DNA of 63,938 bases, the filler included, from Nemertoderma westbladi (Eukaryota; Animalia; Xenacoelomorpha), in assembly GCA_032718475.1 (NCBI GenBank). It is 5 parts of 5 records of this genome, joined end to end, with 100 filler letters (N's around TTAATTAATTAA, not from the genome) between each part and the next. Parts side by side here need not be neighbours in the genome. Positions count along the whole stretch, not along the records: positions 1 to 22,548 come from JAUCBJ010005912.1; 4 more parts are not named here. One strand, given 5' to 3'. This document shows, in pieces, positions 1 to 13,295 of the stretch; position 1 is the stretch's first letter, and each line of letters opens with the position of its first letter. Made by a program: the position numbers and the translations under genes. The notes under the pieces are model-generated. The model did no database searches and was not told the origin of the DNA. It saw only the letters and a list, made by a program, of their open reading frames with translations.

Positions 1-2110
1 AGGCTGTCGCACACGCGACTAGGTCAATGACCACCGCCACTAATGATGACTACACGGTGCTGTTGAAGGTAGACTTTAGCAACGCATTTAATACTCTCCG
101 GTGCGACTCATTCCTTGAACATATTTATGATCACACACCAGTAATATACAACTATGCACTTTCAGCATATGGAACCAGCAGCCACCTCATCTACGCAGAC
201 ACCGTACTATCTTCTGAAGAGGGCCTTCACCAAGGCGACCCAGAGGGGCCATATATCTTTGGCGACACTGTCAACCCACTGGCCCAGTCAATGGAGTCAA
301 ACTTCAACACATGGTATCTGGATGATGGAAACCAAGCTTACCAGTACCCCGTTGTGCTCGCGGATCTGCAAAAGATAATGTCGGAAGGTGCTGCACTAGG
401 TCTCAAAGTAAACCCCTCCAAGTGCGAGCTATATTTCCTGGGTAATGTTCCACCAATTGATCGCCAACGGATAGAGAAATAATTTGACGCCATATGCCCA
501 AGTATCAAGTTCCAACCAACAGAGGATCTAATCATGCTAGGCGCGCCCATTGGTACTAATGCAATCAAATCATGCCTGAATAAGAAAGCAACCTCACAAC
601 ACTAAGTAGTCGTCTCCACCTACTTGACAACCACCATGGCTTCTTCCTCCTGAAGAACTCCATCTCTATACCCCGGCTTATGTATTTCCTTCGGTCTGCC
701 CCATGTTTTTCATTTCCGGAGCTACTTGATGACTATGATAAGACGCTGCGCAGCGCACTGGAATCCGTTTCCAACACCCGGATTAACAACTCAGCTTGGA
801 AGCAAGCATGCCTGCCGGCCTGGATGGGAGGCCTCGGTATTAGTTCAGCCACATTGCTCGCACCACCTGCCTTCTTGGCATCCGCAGCTATGTGTGAGGA
901 ACTCTCTAGCCGACTCTTCACCGCTTCTCAGCGCAGCCCAGATCAAACATTGTAAATCGCAATGGATCTATGGAAATCCTCAGTCACACCGGAATCAGTG
1001 CCACCAACTAGCACCAACCAGAAATCTTGGACAACACCAATCCACGAAGTCAACCTTGCTTCGCTTCACACCTCCGCCTCACCCCACGATATTGCCCGGC
1101 TCAACTCGGTGGAAGACCCAACCGCAGGTTGTTGGCTCGATGCTATTCCAAGTTCTGCTTTGGGCCTCAAGTTAACGGACGCTCAGTTCAGGATCTCCAT
1201 TGCGACCCGCCTCGGATGCCGGGTTACCGAGCCCCATGAGTGTACCAGGTGTGGCACTGCTGTTGAAGCTGACGGCCTACACGGACTCTTGTGCCAACGA
1301 AGCGCTGGCCGGTTGCCTCGCCACACAATGATCAATGAGATCGTAAAGCGGGTACTGGCTAGCTGTGACGTACCATCCATCCTAGAACCACCGGGTTTAT
1401 GCCTAGGGGATGGCAAATGAGTAGACAGGATGTCCCTGGTCCAGGGGCAAATTGCGACCCGCCTCGGATGCCGGGTTACCGAGCCCCATGAGTGTACCAG
1501 GTGTGGCACTGCTGTTGAAGCTGACGGCCTACACGGAATCTTGTGCCAACGAAGCGCTGGCCGGTTGCCTCGCCACACAATGATCAATGAGATCGTAAAG
1601 CGGGTACTGGCTAGCTGTGACGTACCATCCATCCTAGAACCACCGGGTTTATGCCGAGGGGATGGCAAATGAGTAGACAGGATGTCCCTCGTCCCCTGGT
1701 CCAGGGGCAAAACGCTGACATGGGACACCACGGTTGTACACCCACTCGCCCAAAGCCACCTGGCAACAAGCATACATACCGGCGGACGTGCTGCTGAAAA
1801 CCAGGAAACCCTCAAGATCAGGAAATATCAGGAGCTTATTGACCAGGGTTTCCTGTTCACGCCAGTCGCCTTTGAAACGTTTGGTCGCCCCGGTCCGGCA
1901 ACGGAAGTTTTCCTGAAGGAGGTCGGTAGGAGGATACATTTATCGACACAGGATCCTCGCTCCCATTGTTTCCTGCTTCAGCGCATTGCGGTCGCAATAC
2001 TCGTTGGGAACTCGGCCGCAGTCCTCGGTACCGTTGAATCTCCGTCAGAGGGCCTATTCGATATCCTAGGCAGCTAGATAGCACCTCTTCCGGCACCTGG
2101 ACTATATATA
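1..2110 (+). mobile_element. CRE-clade-like (RLE-type) non-LTR retrotransposon, degenerate; RT, zinc knuckle and restriction-like endonuclease
   Basis: RT motifs VDFSNAFN, QGDPEGP and WYLDDG; CxxC..H..C zinc motif (CTRCG..HGLLC) followed by RH; RLE motifs WDTTV and FTPVAFETFG; several stops and frameshifts; runs off the window start. Confidence 0.85.
1199..1710 (+). repeat. ~252-bp internal tandem duplication inside the CRE-like element
   Basis: ATTGCGACCCGCCTCGGATG starts at 1199 and again at 1451; copies are nearly identical through ...CCAGGGGCAA. Confidence 0.95.
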
Positions 2111-3360
2111 TTTAATATACATTTTATTGTGATTTATGAACACTGAAAGTATTACTTTTATAATATTTACCCACCGATTAAATTATAATAACTGGATAAT
2201 AATAATAAAATAATAATAAAAAATAAAATAATAAAAAGATAATAAAATATTTTATTTAAAACAGTTTGTAACCGGATGCACCAATATAAATAAAAGTGAC
2301 TATATATAATCACCATGTTACACAAGTAGAATACTATCTTTGAAAGATCTCGACCCGTGTATAATGATACCAATTTGTCATCTTATCCCAATTCACTTAT
2401 TTATTAGTCCATCACATGTGGTAATTTGATGCTCAAATTTAAGAGTCGTGTTATTGATTAATTGGTAAATCTAAATGTCTAAGTTAGTGCAGTAAATGTA
2501 ATTCATGTGACACCATGGCACCCCCAAACGAAATCGGAAGTGATAGTGGTGACTTAATCCAAATGCATGCCTTTGTTTTGTGATGTACAACTTGTGCAAT
2601 GAGATAGTGCTATATAACAAGGGAGGAGACTGTAAAATTCTTGTGTGCTTTCTCGAAAATGTTTAACAAGTTGTTCATCCATTTGCGACTGATGCGATGG
2701 TGCTAATACATCTATATTCTAATCTAATACGTCTATATTATAGATTGTGGAGAGGTCTTTTTCGTATATATATAATCTTTGGTATATGTCTCCTAGCCAT
2801 GCGTCATTACAGTATACAGTAGTTACATCAAGGCCTGCATCTTCAATGGTGCATAAGAAGTTTCCTGTATAGAAGTTGAAGAGTTGGTGAAAGCAAGGAA
2901 CCTTGTTTCACTCGTTTTAATAGATGGATTCCGCAAGGGTCGATGATGGTTCAAATTTGAGGTACAACACTGTGTATGTATACTGTATAGTATGACAATA
3001 GAGCTAAGCATATATATGGATTTACATATATGGATGGAGATACCGATGGTTCAGTGTATTATTATCTAAAAGTTATGTAATTCTTTCCAGTTTGAGAACT
3101 TTCCTACACTGAATCAAACTGCTTATTATTGTTCATTTTTACAGAAATGTGTGAGCACATTTGAAACCAACAACATTGATATCAAGCTTGGAATGAAGTT
3201 ATTAGCGAATGATGTACTCTAGTTTTACTCCAATCAGTATGCCAAAAAAATATGATCTCCTTCTCTTATGAAAATAATTGATGAATTTGAAATTTAAATT
3301 TGGAACAAACATTATATTTCATCATTATAATTTTTTACTGATAACTTGGTTTTCGCTTAG

Positions 3361-3511
3361 GAAACTCATTCATATCATGTAACGGTCCAGTATACAAAGT
3401 AGACGCTGACGCAGACCGAAGGTGCAACGTTCCTGACTTAGGAGTCAATGGGTTTGACAACATCGCCAGTTCCATTATAATTACAGGAATCTTTCCTTGG
3501 CAAATATACAG
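3361..3511 (+). CDS. Host gene exon: first half of a beta/gamma-crystallin-like domain
   Basis: Acceptor ttttcgcttAG, donor GTgatt; translates GNSFISCNGPVYKVDADADRRCNVPDLGVNGFDNIASSIIITGIFPWQIY, matching the Greek-key pattern L..GF(D/N)N..SS....G..W.IY. Confidence 0.7.
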
Positions 3512-4077
3512 GTGATTTTAGATTTCTATGAAAAATAACCGATTGCATTCGCAAATTATATAATTAAAGAATTACGATATAATTATTAATCTGATAATTG
3601 GACTATATCCCAAGCTATGTACTTAGAAGCTATGATATTCAATTTAGTCATAAGCTCCCTCTATAATAATCATCTTCTCTCTTCACTTACGTTTTGGAAC
3701 ATGAATGTTGAAGCTGATTTACCTGTAGCTGTAAATTGTGTATATTCTTACAAATGGCTTATTTCTTCATCTTTGATGACATATTTGATTCAGAACTTCT
3801 TTAATTCCTGCTCTAACTTTAAACATTCGACTTGTTGCATAATAGACTGACTATATGACCATTTATTTATTTTGCCAGACATATTAATAATAAATTTAGT
3901 CTCTCCTGTGTTTACATAAATTGTTACTTATGCTTCTAAGATTATAATTTGTATTGTAACTCATCCTGGATATTTGATTGTAAAGAACTTATAATCATCA
4001 CCTATCACATTAAGTATATTTCTTAGCATTACTCTTAATAATAACGACAAACTATACCGGTATAATATTAAATGCAG

Positions 4078-4199
4078 TGGTGCCGATTACACTGGAGACA
4101 ACATGAAACTTGAACCAGGTTTCTATGGATCAGAGTTACCAGTTGAAGATATCAGTGCACTCATGATATATTGCACAGAAGCAAAGAAACAGCCAAAAC
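4078..4199 (+). CDS. Host gene exon: second half of the beta/gamma-crystallin-like domain
   Basis: Acceptor aatgcAG, donor GTAAGT; phase-2 join to the previous exon gives ...WQIYSGADYTGDNMKLEPGFYGSELPVEDISAL (Y...Y.G....L.PG.Y crystallin pattern); ends in phase 1. Confidence 0.7.
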
Positions 4200-4320
4200 G
4201 TAAGTTCTTGAAGACTTTGACTGACTTTCAAAAACAATAACCTAAAAAAAATAATTTTACCAATATTTTTATGGGCTGCTATATTAAGCGTGGAATAACT
4301 AATGATTACTGTGGAGTAAC

Positions 4321-5121
4321 TGGCTAGAGCCTATTTACCAAACCCAATTTGAGGAGCTCATTCACAGTTCTGATAATTTAGCTGTTGCCCGTCTGAAAGG
4401 CTGCCGAGCACCAGGATCAGGGGACTGGCTTAATGCACTGCCGTCATCAACTCTTGGGCTTCGTCTCTCAGACAAGCAGTTTGGAATTGCAGTTTCTCTC
4501 CGTCTAGGTGCACCTGTATGCTCCCAGCACATATGCATGTGCGGCACCTTAGTTGATGAGACTGCAAACCATGCTCTTGTCTGCAAACACACCAAGAGCC
4601 GAAATGGTCGCCACCACCTTTGCAACAACGCAATCTACCATGGGCTAATTGCTGCAGAGATGCCTTCAACCCTGGAGCCAATAGGATTATGTAGCTCATC
4701 CTGCAAACGCCCAGATGGTTCTACATTGCTGCCTTGGAATAGAGGGAAGCCGCTCGTGTGGGACTTCACATGTACACACAGATTGGCTGCCTCTTATTCA
4801 GCTTCTGCTGGACTAGATGGAGCTTCAGTTGCAGACCTGGTAGAGGCTAGAAAGCTCGATAAGTACAAGGAGCTATCTAACAGTTATATTGTGCAACCAG
4901 TTGCATTTGAAACCCTGGGTGGTATTGGCCCATGCTCCTTGGCATTTCTCCGAGAGGTTGGTAGACGCATTGAGAGTAGCACAGGAAATAAACATGCCAC
5001 TGAATTTCTCCGTCAACGAATTGGGATCTGTGTTCAGATCGGCAATGCCTCCTGCGTGACAGAATCTTTCGGTTTGGGTGAAATGGAGGGGTACAGGGAG
5101 AGACAGGGGAGACACCTCTAG
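4321..5121 (+). mobile_element. 5'-truncated CRE-like retrotransposon fragment (zinc knuckle and RLE), second family
   Basis: WLNALPSSTLGLRL, CMCG..HALVC, RH, KRPDG, WDFTC and PVAFETLG. Confidence 0.85.
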
Positions 5122-5989
5122 ACCAGACTGCTGATTTACCCTAAACGCCCTTGCTCTACTTGTTTTTCTTCAGTTTCTCCTAAATTGTATTAGTCCTATT
5201 CTGTTGTTGTTTTCTCTTTAATGATATGATAGTGAACATACTGTATGCTTTAGTCTGTCAAAATATGTTGTTTTATCAGTTTTTCAGTTCTATAGTTTGT
5301 CAAAATTTATTGTTGCTTTATTGGTTCTATAGTTTCTCCTAATTTGTTGTAGTCCTAGTCTGTTATTATTTTCTTTTTAATGATACAATAGTGTTTTACT
5401 GTGATAATTATTTTACTATATTTAATTAAAAATTGTTAAACTGTTTCTATAATTATTGATTAATATATATATATAAATTTTTTAATAAAACTAATGATAT
5501 ATATAATTATTATAATAATATAATTTAAATTAAAAAACCAAAATATAATGGTTAAAATAAAAATCAGCTGACGTTCAATCACTTGGTGTTTTACAATTGG
5601 TGTCCAACAATTGGTGTTTTAAAAGTAATATATTTTAGGCGTGGGGGTGACCCAATTTGTAAGAAATATTATAACTTACCTTATGACGTTTTAGTATTGA
5701 TACTGAAATATTAATTTACCAAGTCGATGTCACATCAAAATTATTTAGCTATATTTATTCTAAAGAATCACCATTAAATACTCAGCCAATCATTTTGCGA
5801 GATAAACAATAAGCAAGCTTGTCTTATTACTCTGGGGCCTAACACTATTGCACGTCCTATAGAATTACACCTTGCTGGAATGGTGGTGAGGTGGAACTGG
5901 TCGGACTGATTCCTAGCCCAGCAAACACAGTAAACACACCGGACGTGTTCTAGCACATATCTGACGTTTCAGCAAAGTCAGCGATTGCA

Positions 5990-6400
5990 CTTTGATATAT
6001 TTTGCCCTCTAACGGCAGACTAGAGAACTACAGACAGATGAGCCTCCTTTGAATGACACAGTTAATGGTCTAGTACAAATATGCCAAGTTTCAGCTAGAA
6101 CGGGTTTAAAGCAAAGAAAATGTGATGTTTAATATCTAGACATGTAGCCCTCTAGCAAGAGACTGAGGATTTGATGGTGTCTGGAAGTCCCTAAAAAAAC
6201 AAAACTTATGGTCTTATTGATGCCTACTAATTTTAGACTCGGAAGCTTTAAATCCGACAAAGTTATAAGTAAGTTAAAATCGTAACGACGATGATGACAT
6301 ACAGTACCATTATTGAATGAACTATTTGTCATAATTGACTTACCCCCCTAAGAGATAACGTCAGTTCGCAAAGGCTCCACCAACTACGTGGCTCGGACCA
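5990..6400 (+). mobile_element. Non-coding interspersed repeat of the same family as 51000-52183 (Helentron/DINE-1-like)
   Basis: Colinear similarity to 51750-52183, including GCCCTCTA(A/G)C, ACGACGA repeats and a terminal GGCTCC.CCAACT.CGTGGCTCG motif; a related end occurs at 6875-6903 after (GACA)n. Confidence 0.55.
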
Positions 6401-6905
6401 TACATATACCCTATGCTATAAAATGTATACGATCGATATACAATTATATATTAATCCGCTAGGTGGTGTTAAATTATTATTCTGCAATTTCTTACTTGTA
6501 CAGTACAGCAGTACTGTACCGGTAGGCCTATGTCATTACTTCGGAGTCTCTAGCCGATCCACTATTAAATGTCTTAACTTTTCAATTTCGTAGAAGATAG
6601 ACTTTATGATTCTCTACCATTAACCAAAATTTCAGCTCTGGAAAATGAGGCGTTAAACATTTTCTAAAAACCACATAATATGCCGTAGCTGACGTCAGAC
6701 TGCATGATTTTTCACCAAACTTTACAAATTTTTTAAACTTTCCATCTACTACTTACCTACTAAGTTTGGTTCAATTTCGAATCAGCGATGCAGAGAAATT
6801 CGCGTTCAAAGATTTACCAGACAGACAGACTGACAGACGGACATGCCCCATTTGCCCTATATGAACCGTATGCCAAGGGTCGCCGACTACGTGTCTCGCC
6901 CCACA

Positions 6906-9900
6906 GGTAACTGGGTGCTCCATGTCGAGTCATTTGCTGCAATGCTACCATAGAAATTATCCAAGATGGGGACCTTTATGTATATCTGACAGACATGCAA
7001 TCCTTAGAAGTAACTGCAGCAGAAGAGTTTAAGAAAGGAAACTTTGTTATTAAAAGAAGTAATAACAACTTAAATCAAGTTCCTGTAGATCAAGCTACTG
7101 AATGGGTAAACAAGATATGCAAGTCCTCTGGTAGTATTATTGGCATAACAAAGAGTGACAATGCCAAAGCCAGTTTTGTGTAACATAGGCTACACAATCG
7201 AACATATCACATGACATCAAATTACTCTATAATCAAAGTAAATAATGAAGAAGGTAGAGGTTATAAGCGCAATGATGCCATGCCCTCATGAATAAAGTTT
7301 GATGAGGAAAAACATGAGTCACTAATGCAACAATTTATCTCTCATCATGTGTTTGGCATGAAATCAACAATATTGACAGATGTTTGTTGTGTTAACAATC
7401 ACAAATCAACAGAGTTAGTGGCTCTTACTACAAAAGATATTGCTTTTCAAGATGTTCACTATAGTTTGCTGTCTGCAAATCAAAAAGGTGCTGATGTTGT
7501 TACTGAATTTTTCAACAAAAAAAATCAGTAGGATTTTACGACCCTTAAAAAAGCTAAAGATTGAGACGTTTGCATCGATGTATCACATATTTATTCCAAA
7601 TATTGTGAATGAAAAGTTAGCTATTAAAGCATATCAAAATTTGCTACAACGTCTTCTGAATGCTGCAAATTATGGAAGAAATGTGAATTTAACTGAAATT
7701 TTGAAACACGAGTTATCTCAATTCCCCCTTTCCATATGTAAGTTAAAATTAAATGGAGACATGAGATCAATACCAAAATCACAACTTCTCCTCTCTCTAA
7801 TATCTGAGATTGGAATTAGAACAGATATTGCACCTCCAAATGATGAAAAACATGATGTACTCTAATTGATGGCCATGGAATGATTCATTCATTGGGGATA
7901 CCAGCAAATTGTCATTCATTTGAGGATTATGGCCATGTTTTCTCAAGAGCCATCTTTAAACATTTTAGTGGTTAGAATAATACTACTCGTGTAGATCTTG
8001 TATTTGATCGGTACATTGAGGAATCAATGAAGTTATCTACAAGAATTAAACGTTATATAAAACGAAGGCCTATACAAAAACGTATCAGTAATGCCAAGGT
8101 GCCCTTGCCACAAGTTTGGGACAAGTATATTGCACTAGAAGAACAAAGCTGACTTAGCTCATTTCATTTCTGAACAAGTTTTGACTGAAGCTGCTAATCT
8201 ACCTGCAAAATATGAAGTAGTTGCATGTGGTGGATTCCCAGCACCTGTGTATGCAAAATCAAGCACGCACAGTGTTAAAACCTTAGGTATAGATGATGAA
8301 GAGGCAGATAACCGCCTCATTGCTCACATTAGTGACGCTGTTAAACAGGGAATATATAAACGAATTATTGTATATTGTCGTGACACCGATGTGTTAGTTC
8401 TGCTACTGCACCATTTTTCCAGCATTAGCTTAGAGTTATGGATGATTTCAACTATGTCAAAACAGTGGAAGTATATTCCAATACATAGGATAGCAAGAAA
8501 ATTGGATAGCAATTTTTTTTCAATATCCTAGGGTTCCACGCTTTCATAGGCTGTGATACAATCTTGTTATTTAACCGCATCAGCAAGAAGTCATGGTTTA
8601 ATTTTTTTTTTGCAAATATATCCAACTATGGTCACTGGAATTGGTCGAGATGGTCCGTTTATTGAGGTAGAGAAGTTTGCATGGCTTATGTATGGTGGAG
8701 ATGGAGTTACTATGTGAACCTAGAACCGATATCGATTCTATAAGACTGTGAAGGGTAAAGGTTTAAGAAATGTTACCACCCACTAAAGACGCACTCAAAC
8801 TGCATTATATAAGGGCCAATCATCAAACAATGATTTGGCTGAACACCAATGACATCTGGAGTAATAAAGATTATATGGACTCGACTGCAGCCAGTCCCGA
8901 AAGCTTGTGTGGAGCTCGTTTATTGTAGTTGTAAACTGAAGTGTAGCACTGCTCGATGCAGTTGTTATAAACTTGGCCAAGTCTGCCTTCCCGTCTGCAA
9001 TTGTGAAAGGACAGGATGCTGCAATCCCATTGGCCAAATTAATATAACAGAGACCTAATAAAGATTCATAGTTTAAACACCTATGATCAAATTTCTTAAA
9101 TAGATAAATTGGAGGTAACAGTACTGATTTTTAACTGTAGTTATCGATCGATAAACGCCAGAGATACTTCAAAATTCATATTAGTATTAAACAATTATTT
9201 ACCCAAGACACGACAGGATGTTGACTAACAGTAGAAGGTTTTAGCTATATGACGTGTTTCACATTTAATCTCCCAAAACTCTGGAAAGGTATAAACTAAG
9301 GAAAACTAGATTATAGTTACCTGTAAATTAAATTTTTTTTTAATTGTCTTATTTGGTCTGTTGCTATGGTAGCGTGGACTGTAAATGTCACCTGAATGGG
9401 TACAATATGATGGGAAGGATCACCATGCTACTTAGCTGTAGTGATATTTTTAAATAATTACAAATATGCGAGCAAATATTTGAGTAAAGGTACGCGAATT
9501 CTCCACTTAAACTTAATATTTTGATACTTCTGAAAATTACTCTGGTCCAAATAATGGGCCTGTGTCTACAACATTGGACGCTATTTGATATTTGATGCCC
9601 TTGATGTGATCCCAAGATGTTATTTAAGTTGTGTGATAGGTTTTTTAATTTTAAAAACAGTCTGTTGATTTTATCAGGAAAAGGAAAGTTGGGAGAAAGC
9701 AATTATTCAATTAAATTTCATAATCTGTAGCTAAGGCTAAGGTGGTAACTAGGGCCGATTTGGCAGACTGGAAAGGAATTTCGGAAATTTTTTATTTTCT
9801 TTTCTTTTTATTTTTTACTCTACCAAATTGTTTATAACTGTTTCAGAACATCATTGATGCATTATGATTAACTTTCAATATACACACTGGTTAAGAGGCG

Positions 9901-9910
9901 AGATTTACTA
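6906..9910 (+). mobile_element. Academ-like DNA transposon remnant (transposase, XPG/PIN-like nuclease, C-terminal Cys-rich finger), pseudogenised
   Basis: Fragments GNWVLH..AMLP, DQATEWVN, ILKHELSQFPLSI, LIDG, DLVFDRY, EEADNRLIAH, RDTDVLVLLLH, FHAFIGCDT and an eight-Cys tail CSCKLKCSTARCSCYKLGQVCLPVCNC; putative right end ...GCGAGATTTACTA at 9910. Confidence 0.7.
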
Positions 9911-11400
9911 ACATGCACCATGAACTTGTATCCCAAAATCAAAAAAACCTATTTTTGAGCAAAAAACTCTGAAGCCCAAAAAAAAGCTTTTAATCAAAAA
10001 TGCAGAGGTGGCATCCGGCTTATCACAGCAGAGTTTGTGGTGAAAGCCATGAACAGTTGTTCTCGTGAAGATGTGACGGTTGCGTTGGTTCAAGGACTTC
10101 CTGAGTGTTGATCAGAACGCCAGGGCAGTTTGATAGTTTTCACTATGAAACTTGTTTTCTCTGACTAACCTGTATTTCCAGTATTTCTTTAACACGTCTT
10201 CATCAAATATCCCAGGTGATTTTTCTAGAATATCTCCAATAAATGTTTTTGATAAATTTTGTTTTTAGTTTTTGATAAATTTTTTTGAATAAATTTTTCT
10301 TTGTAGCATATGAATAACTAAGGTTGAGGACGCGGATTTATGAACTCCTAGTAATAGTTTTTCTTTAAATTCTTTAATTTTGTCAAGATCTTTGCGATTA
10401 TACACTGTTAAATATGGGCCAATCGCAGATATTGCATACAAATCTGTTGGTGCAATTTTAATTTCAAATATTTTTAAACCAGTTGGAACAGATACGAGTT
10501 GGAGTTTTGTTAAAGTTCCAATAATACCGAAAGCAGTGTTCTTCTTTTCTTTTATATGATCGTTAAAGCTAAGTGATGATTGAAAAATTACACCCAAGTA
10601 TTCATAATTGTTGCTAATATTAAAATTGTTCCCAGCGTAACTAAATGAGTCTGTTGATGCAAGTCTACTCTACACCCCTTGCTGAATTTTAATTTTTTAG
10701 TTTTTTAAGATTAACTTCTATTCCATTTATTCTACACCAATTTTCCGAATTTTTCTTGAATATCCTGTTTGTTAGATGAAAAGAACACCAGATCCCCAGC
10801 GTAGAAGAGGAAACAAAATGCGACAGCAGCATTACGTAGATGAATGGATAGGTCTGAAATAAATATGAGAAAACATGTACATGAAAGGCAGTCCCCCTGT
10901 TAAATCCCCGAAGTTGAGATATTGCTTCCTTGAGTTGAAGTCTATCAAAAACCCAAATGTTGTTATGAAGCAGATCATTAATTATATTGTAAAATCTTCC
11001 ATTTATTCCAAACTTGTATAATTTTGATAGGAGTAGAACCCTGGATACGATGTCAAAGACTTTCCGGAAGTCGACCAATGGTGCATAGACCTTGTGCTGT
11101 CCTGAGGTTGGTGATTTGAATGCGGTTTGAATTTCCCTAATTAATAAATTACTAATAGCTTCAGTTGTCGATTTATTGGGTAGAAAGCTGTATATTGTTC
11201 TCTAGGTAACTTGTGTGAGGTGAAGAAGCGAATCCGTGAGTTGATAATTGACATTTTTTTGTTTTAAGGAATACAGAAATAAGCGCAATGCCACGATAGT
11301 TGTTTGGATCAGATCTCAGGCCCTTTCCTTTGTATAGAATGGATATCAAACACTCCTTTCAGATGTTTGTGAGTTTACCGATGTTGAGACAAGCATTGAA
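9911..11400 (-). mobile_element. Degenerate non-LTR retrotransposon (RT and C-terminus), related to the element at 61089-62862
   Basis: NYRGIAL, VDFRKVFD, GVIFQSSLSF and C-terminal HGFHHKLC; many frameshifts. Confidence 0.8.
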
Positions 11401-12483
11401 TAGCAGGCGACATCCACATAAACCAGTCAACCCTCAATACCTCGATCCCTGAAGTCTCACTGATCCACCCGGGTTTTACGACCTCTTTCAAGACTGGGTG
11501 TTACCTGAACAGCTAATCGGCGGAGGTCGAGCCAGGCTGAATATCGAAGAAGTTTGCCCATGAATCACTTCAGTGGAGCACCTGGATGTGTGTTATCTTA
11601 TCATATCCAAGAAGGGCAATCTGGCAGAATTGGAGAATCACAGTTCCTTCACCCATTGAGATCGCCGAAAGTTAAAAATGTAATATTAGAAAGTGTAACA
11701 TTTGTGTAACTATTAAACTCAAATCCCACTTCCTGGGAAGGATTTTGTGACTAAAAACTCGCATTTTATTAGCCAAAACCATTACTCCAAAACCATAGAA
11801 CAGATGGGTAAGATTTATAAATCTATAAAAGCCAAATGCCCCGCCGTGTTCATTTTTGGTATCCACTTTTAATATTTCCTTCTTAGTGGTGGGAATGCAG
11901 CCAATAAGAGACATTTCCATTTCCTTCTCACCATTGAACATTGAGGTGAGTTTTGTGCTGCATTGCAACATCTATTTGTTCAGTGTGTATTCTGCTTTGC
12001 TGATAGCAGGATGTTTTGCCTATAACACCAGGCTTAAAGTTTATGAATTATAGTTAATCACCGCAACATTGCGTCAGTTTATGTATTAGTAACGATATGG
12101 AGATTCTGCTATATTAACACTGCATAACTTCGAACTTGTTCATATTTATACTTCATATCATCTTATCGTCCATATGTAACCCGGTATGGGGTTGGTCCCT
12201 TATCATAAACCAACAAAGGTAAATCATACTTCAGTCTATAAGTTTGAAGAAGAAGCAACAACAGCAATTATAATAACATTAATACACATCTCAAATACTA
12301 CTTACAAACTGTACTAACAAATATTTTGACAATTTCAATCATGAATTTGGATGCCCGCCCACACAACATTAAAGCAATAATGGAACCAAATATACGAAGT
12401 TTTCAATATCATACCAACCAATGCCCATGCTTATCACTTGACCACAGAATAAATATATTCTATCATGCTTTATGTTATTGCAG

Positions 12484-12681
12484 TTCGGGATTGCTCAACA
12501 GTCGCAGGGCCACGACCTTTTCGGAATTGTGTGTTCCCATTCAAATATAACGGCAACGAGTACATCAATAAGTGTCCTGTCGACCCCAATGATGAGCCAT
12601 GGTGCCCAACCGAAGTTGACAGCGGTGGAAATTATGTTCTTGGTTCAGGAAATTGGGGAATATGTAATTTGCAATGTGTTG
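12484..12681 (+). CDS. Host gene exon: fibronectin type II domain
   Basis: Acceptor tattgcAG, donor GTATGT, phase 1-1; C-VFPFKYNG..Y..C......PWCPT......G.WG.C. Confidence 0.85.
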
Positions 12682-13013
12682 GTATGTATGTACTTCATGT
12701 TCAATGTACAAGACTTGCAGAAATTACATAAGATGGATGAATAGAAACAGATACATAGATAGATGTTTATTACATTTCTTTTTTATATAATTTTACTGTT
12801 TTGAATATTAGATATTTTAAATATTAGGGCGATTTTCCAATAAATCATGATCTATTTATTCATCAAAAAGGATTGAATATGATTTGATGCAAGTATGTGG
12901 TGATTGGATATGTTGGTAGTGAGTGAAGTGTTAGTGATACTTTCAAGAGCAGTTAATTTATAGATAGCCACTTATTTACATGATAATAATTTACTTTTAT
13001 AAATATTATGCAG

Positions 13014-13130
13014 ATGAATGTGAAACAAATATTCACAGTTGTCACCACAATGCGATTTGCACAGATACCCATGACAGTTACACTTGTTCATGTAATCCTC
13101 ACTATATAGGAGATGGATATTCATGTGAAG
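13014..13130 (+). CDS. Host gene exon: calcium-binding EGF-like domain
   Basis: Acceptor tatgcAG, donor GTAAGA, phase 1-1; DECETNIHSCHHNAICTDTHDSYTCSCNPHYIGDGYSCE. Confidence 0.9.
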
Positions 13131-13157
13131 GTAAGACAATAGTTAATAACTATTTAC

Positions 13158-13295
13158 ATCATTGTGTGCAAAGTAGCACTTTGCATCGTTATGACCCGAG
13201 TTTATTTATGTAACGAGCGAGCGCAGCGAGGGAGGTCTACATAAATAAACAAGGGTCTTTAACGCTGAAAAGTGACCTTTGGCAAGCAATGATGT
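13158..13295. repeat. Imperfect palindromic (foldback) element
   Basis: Arms CATCATTG..CACTTT..CGTTATGACCC..GTTTATTTATGTA and TACATAAATAAAC..GGGTCTTTAACG..AAAGTG..CAATGATG around a CGAGCGAGCGCAGCGAG core. Confidence 0.7.

Noticed and set aside
2744-3222. Possible upstream exons of the crystallin/FN2/EGF gene (hydrophobic LWRGLFRIYIIFGICLLAM; KCVSTFETNNIDIKLG after ttttacAG)
   Set aside because: I could not find donor sites giving a phase-compatible join to exon 3361; unsupported without transcripts
11400-11670. Short plus-strand stretch resembling an RT motif (SKKGNLAELENH)
   Set aside because: Too short and degenerate to call
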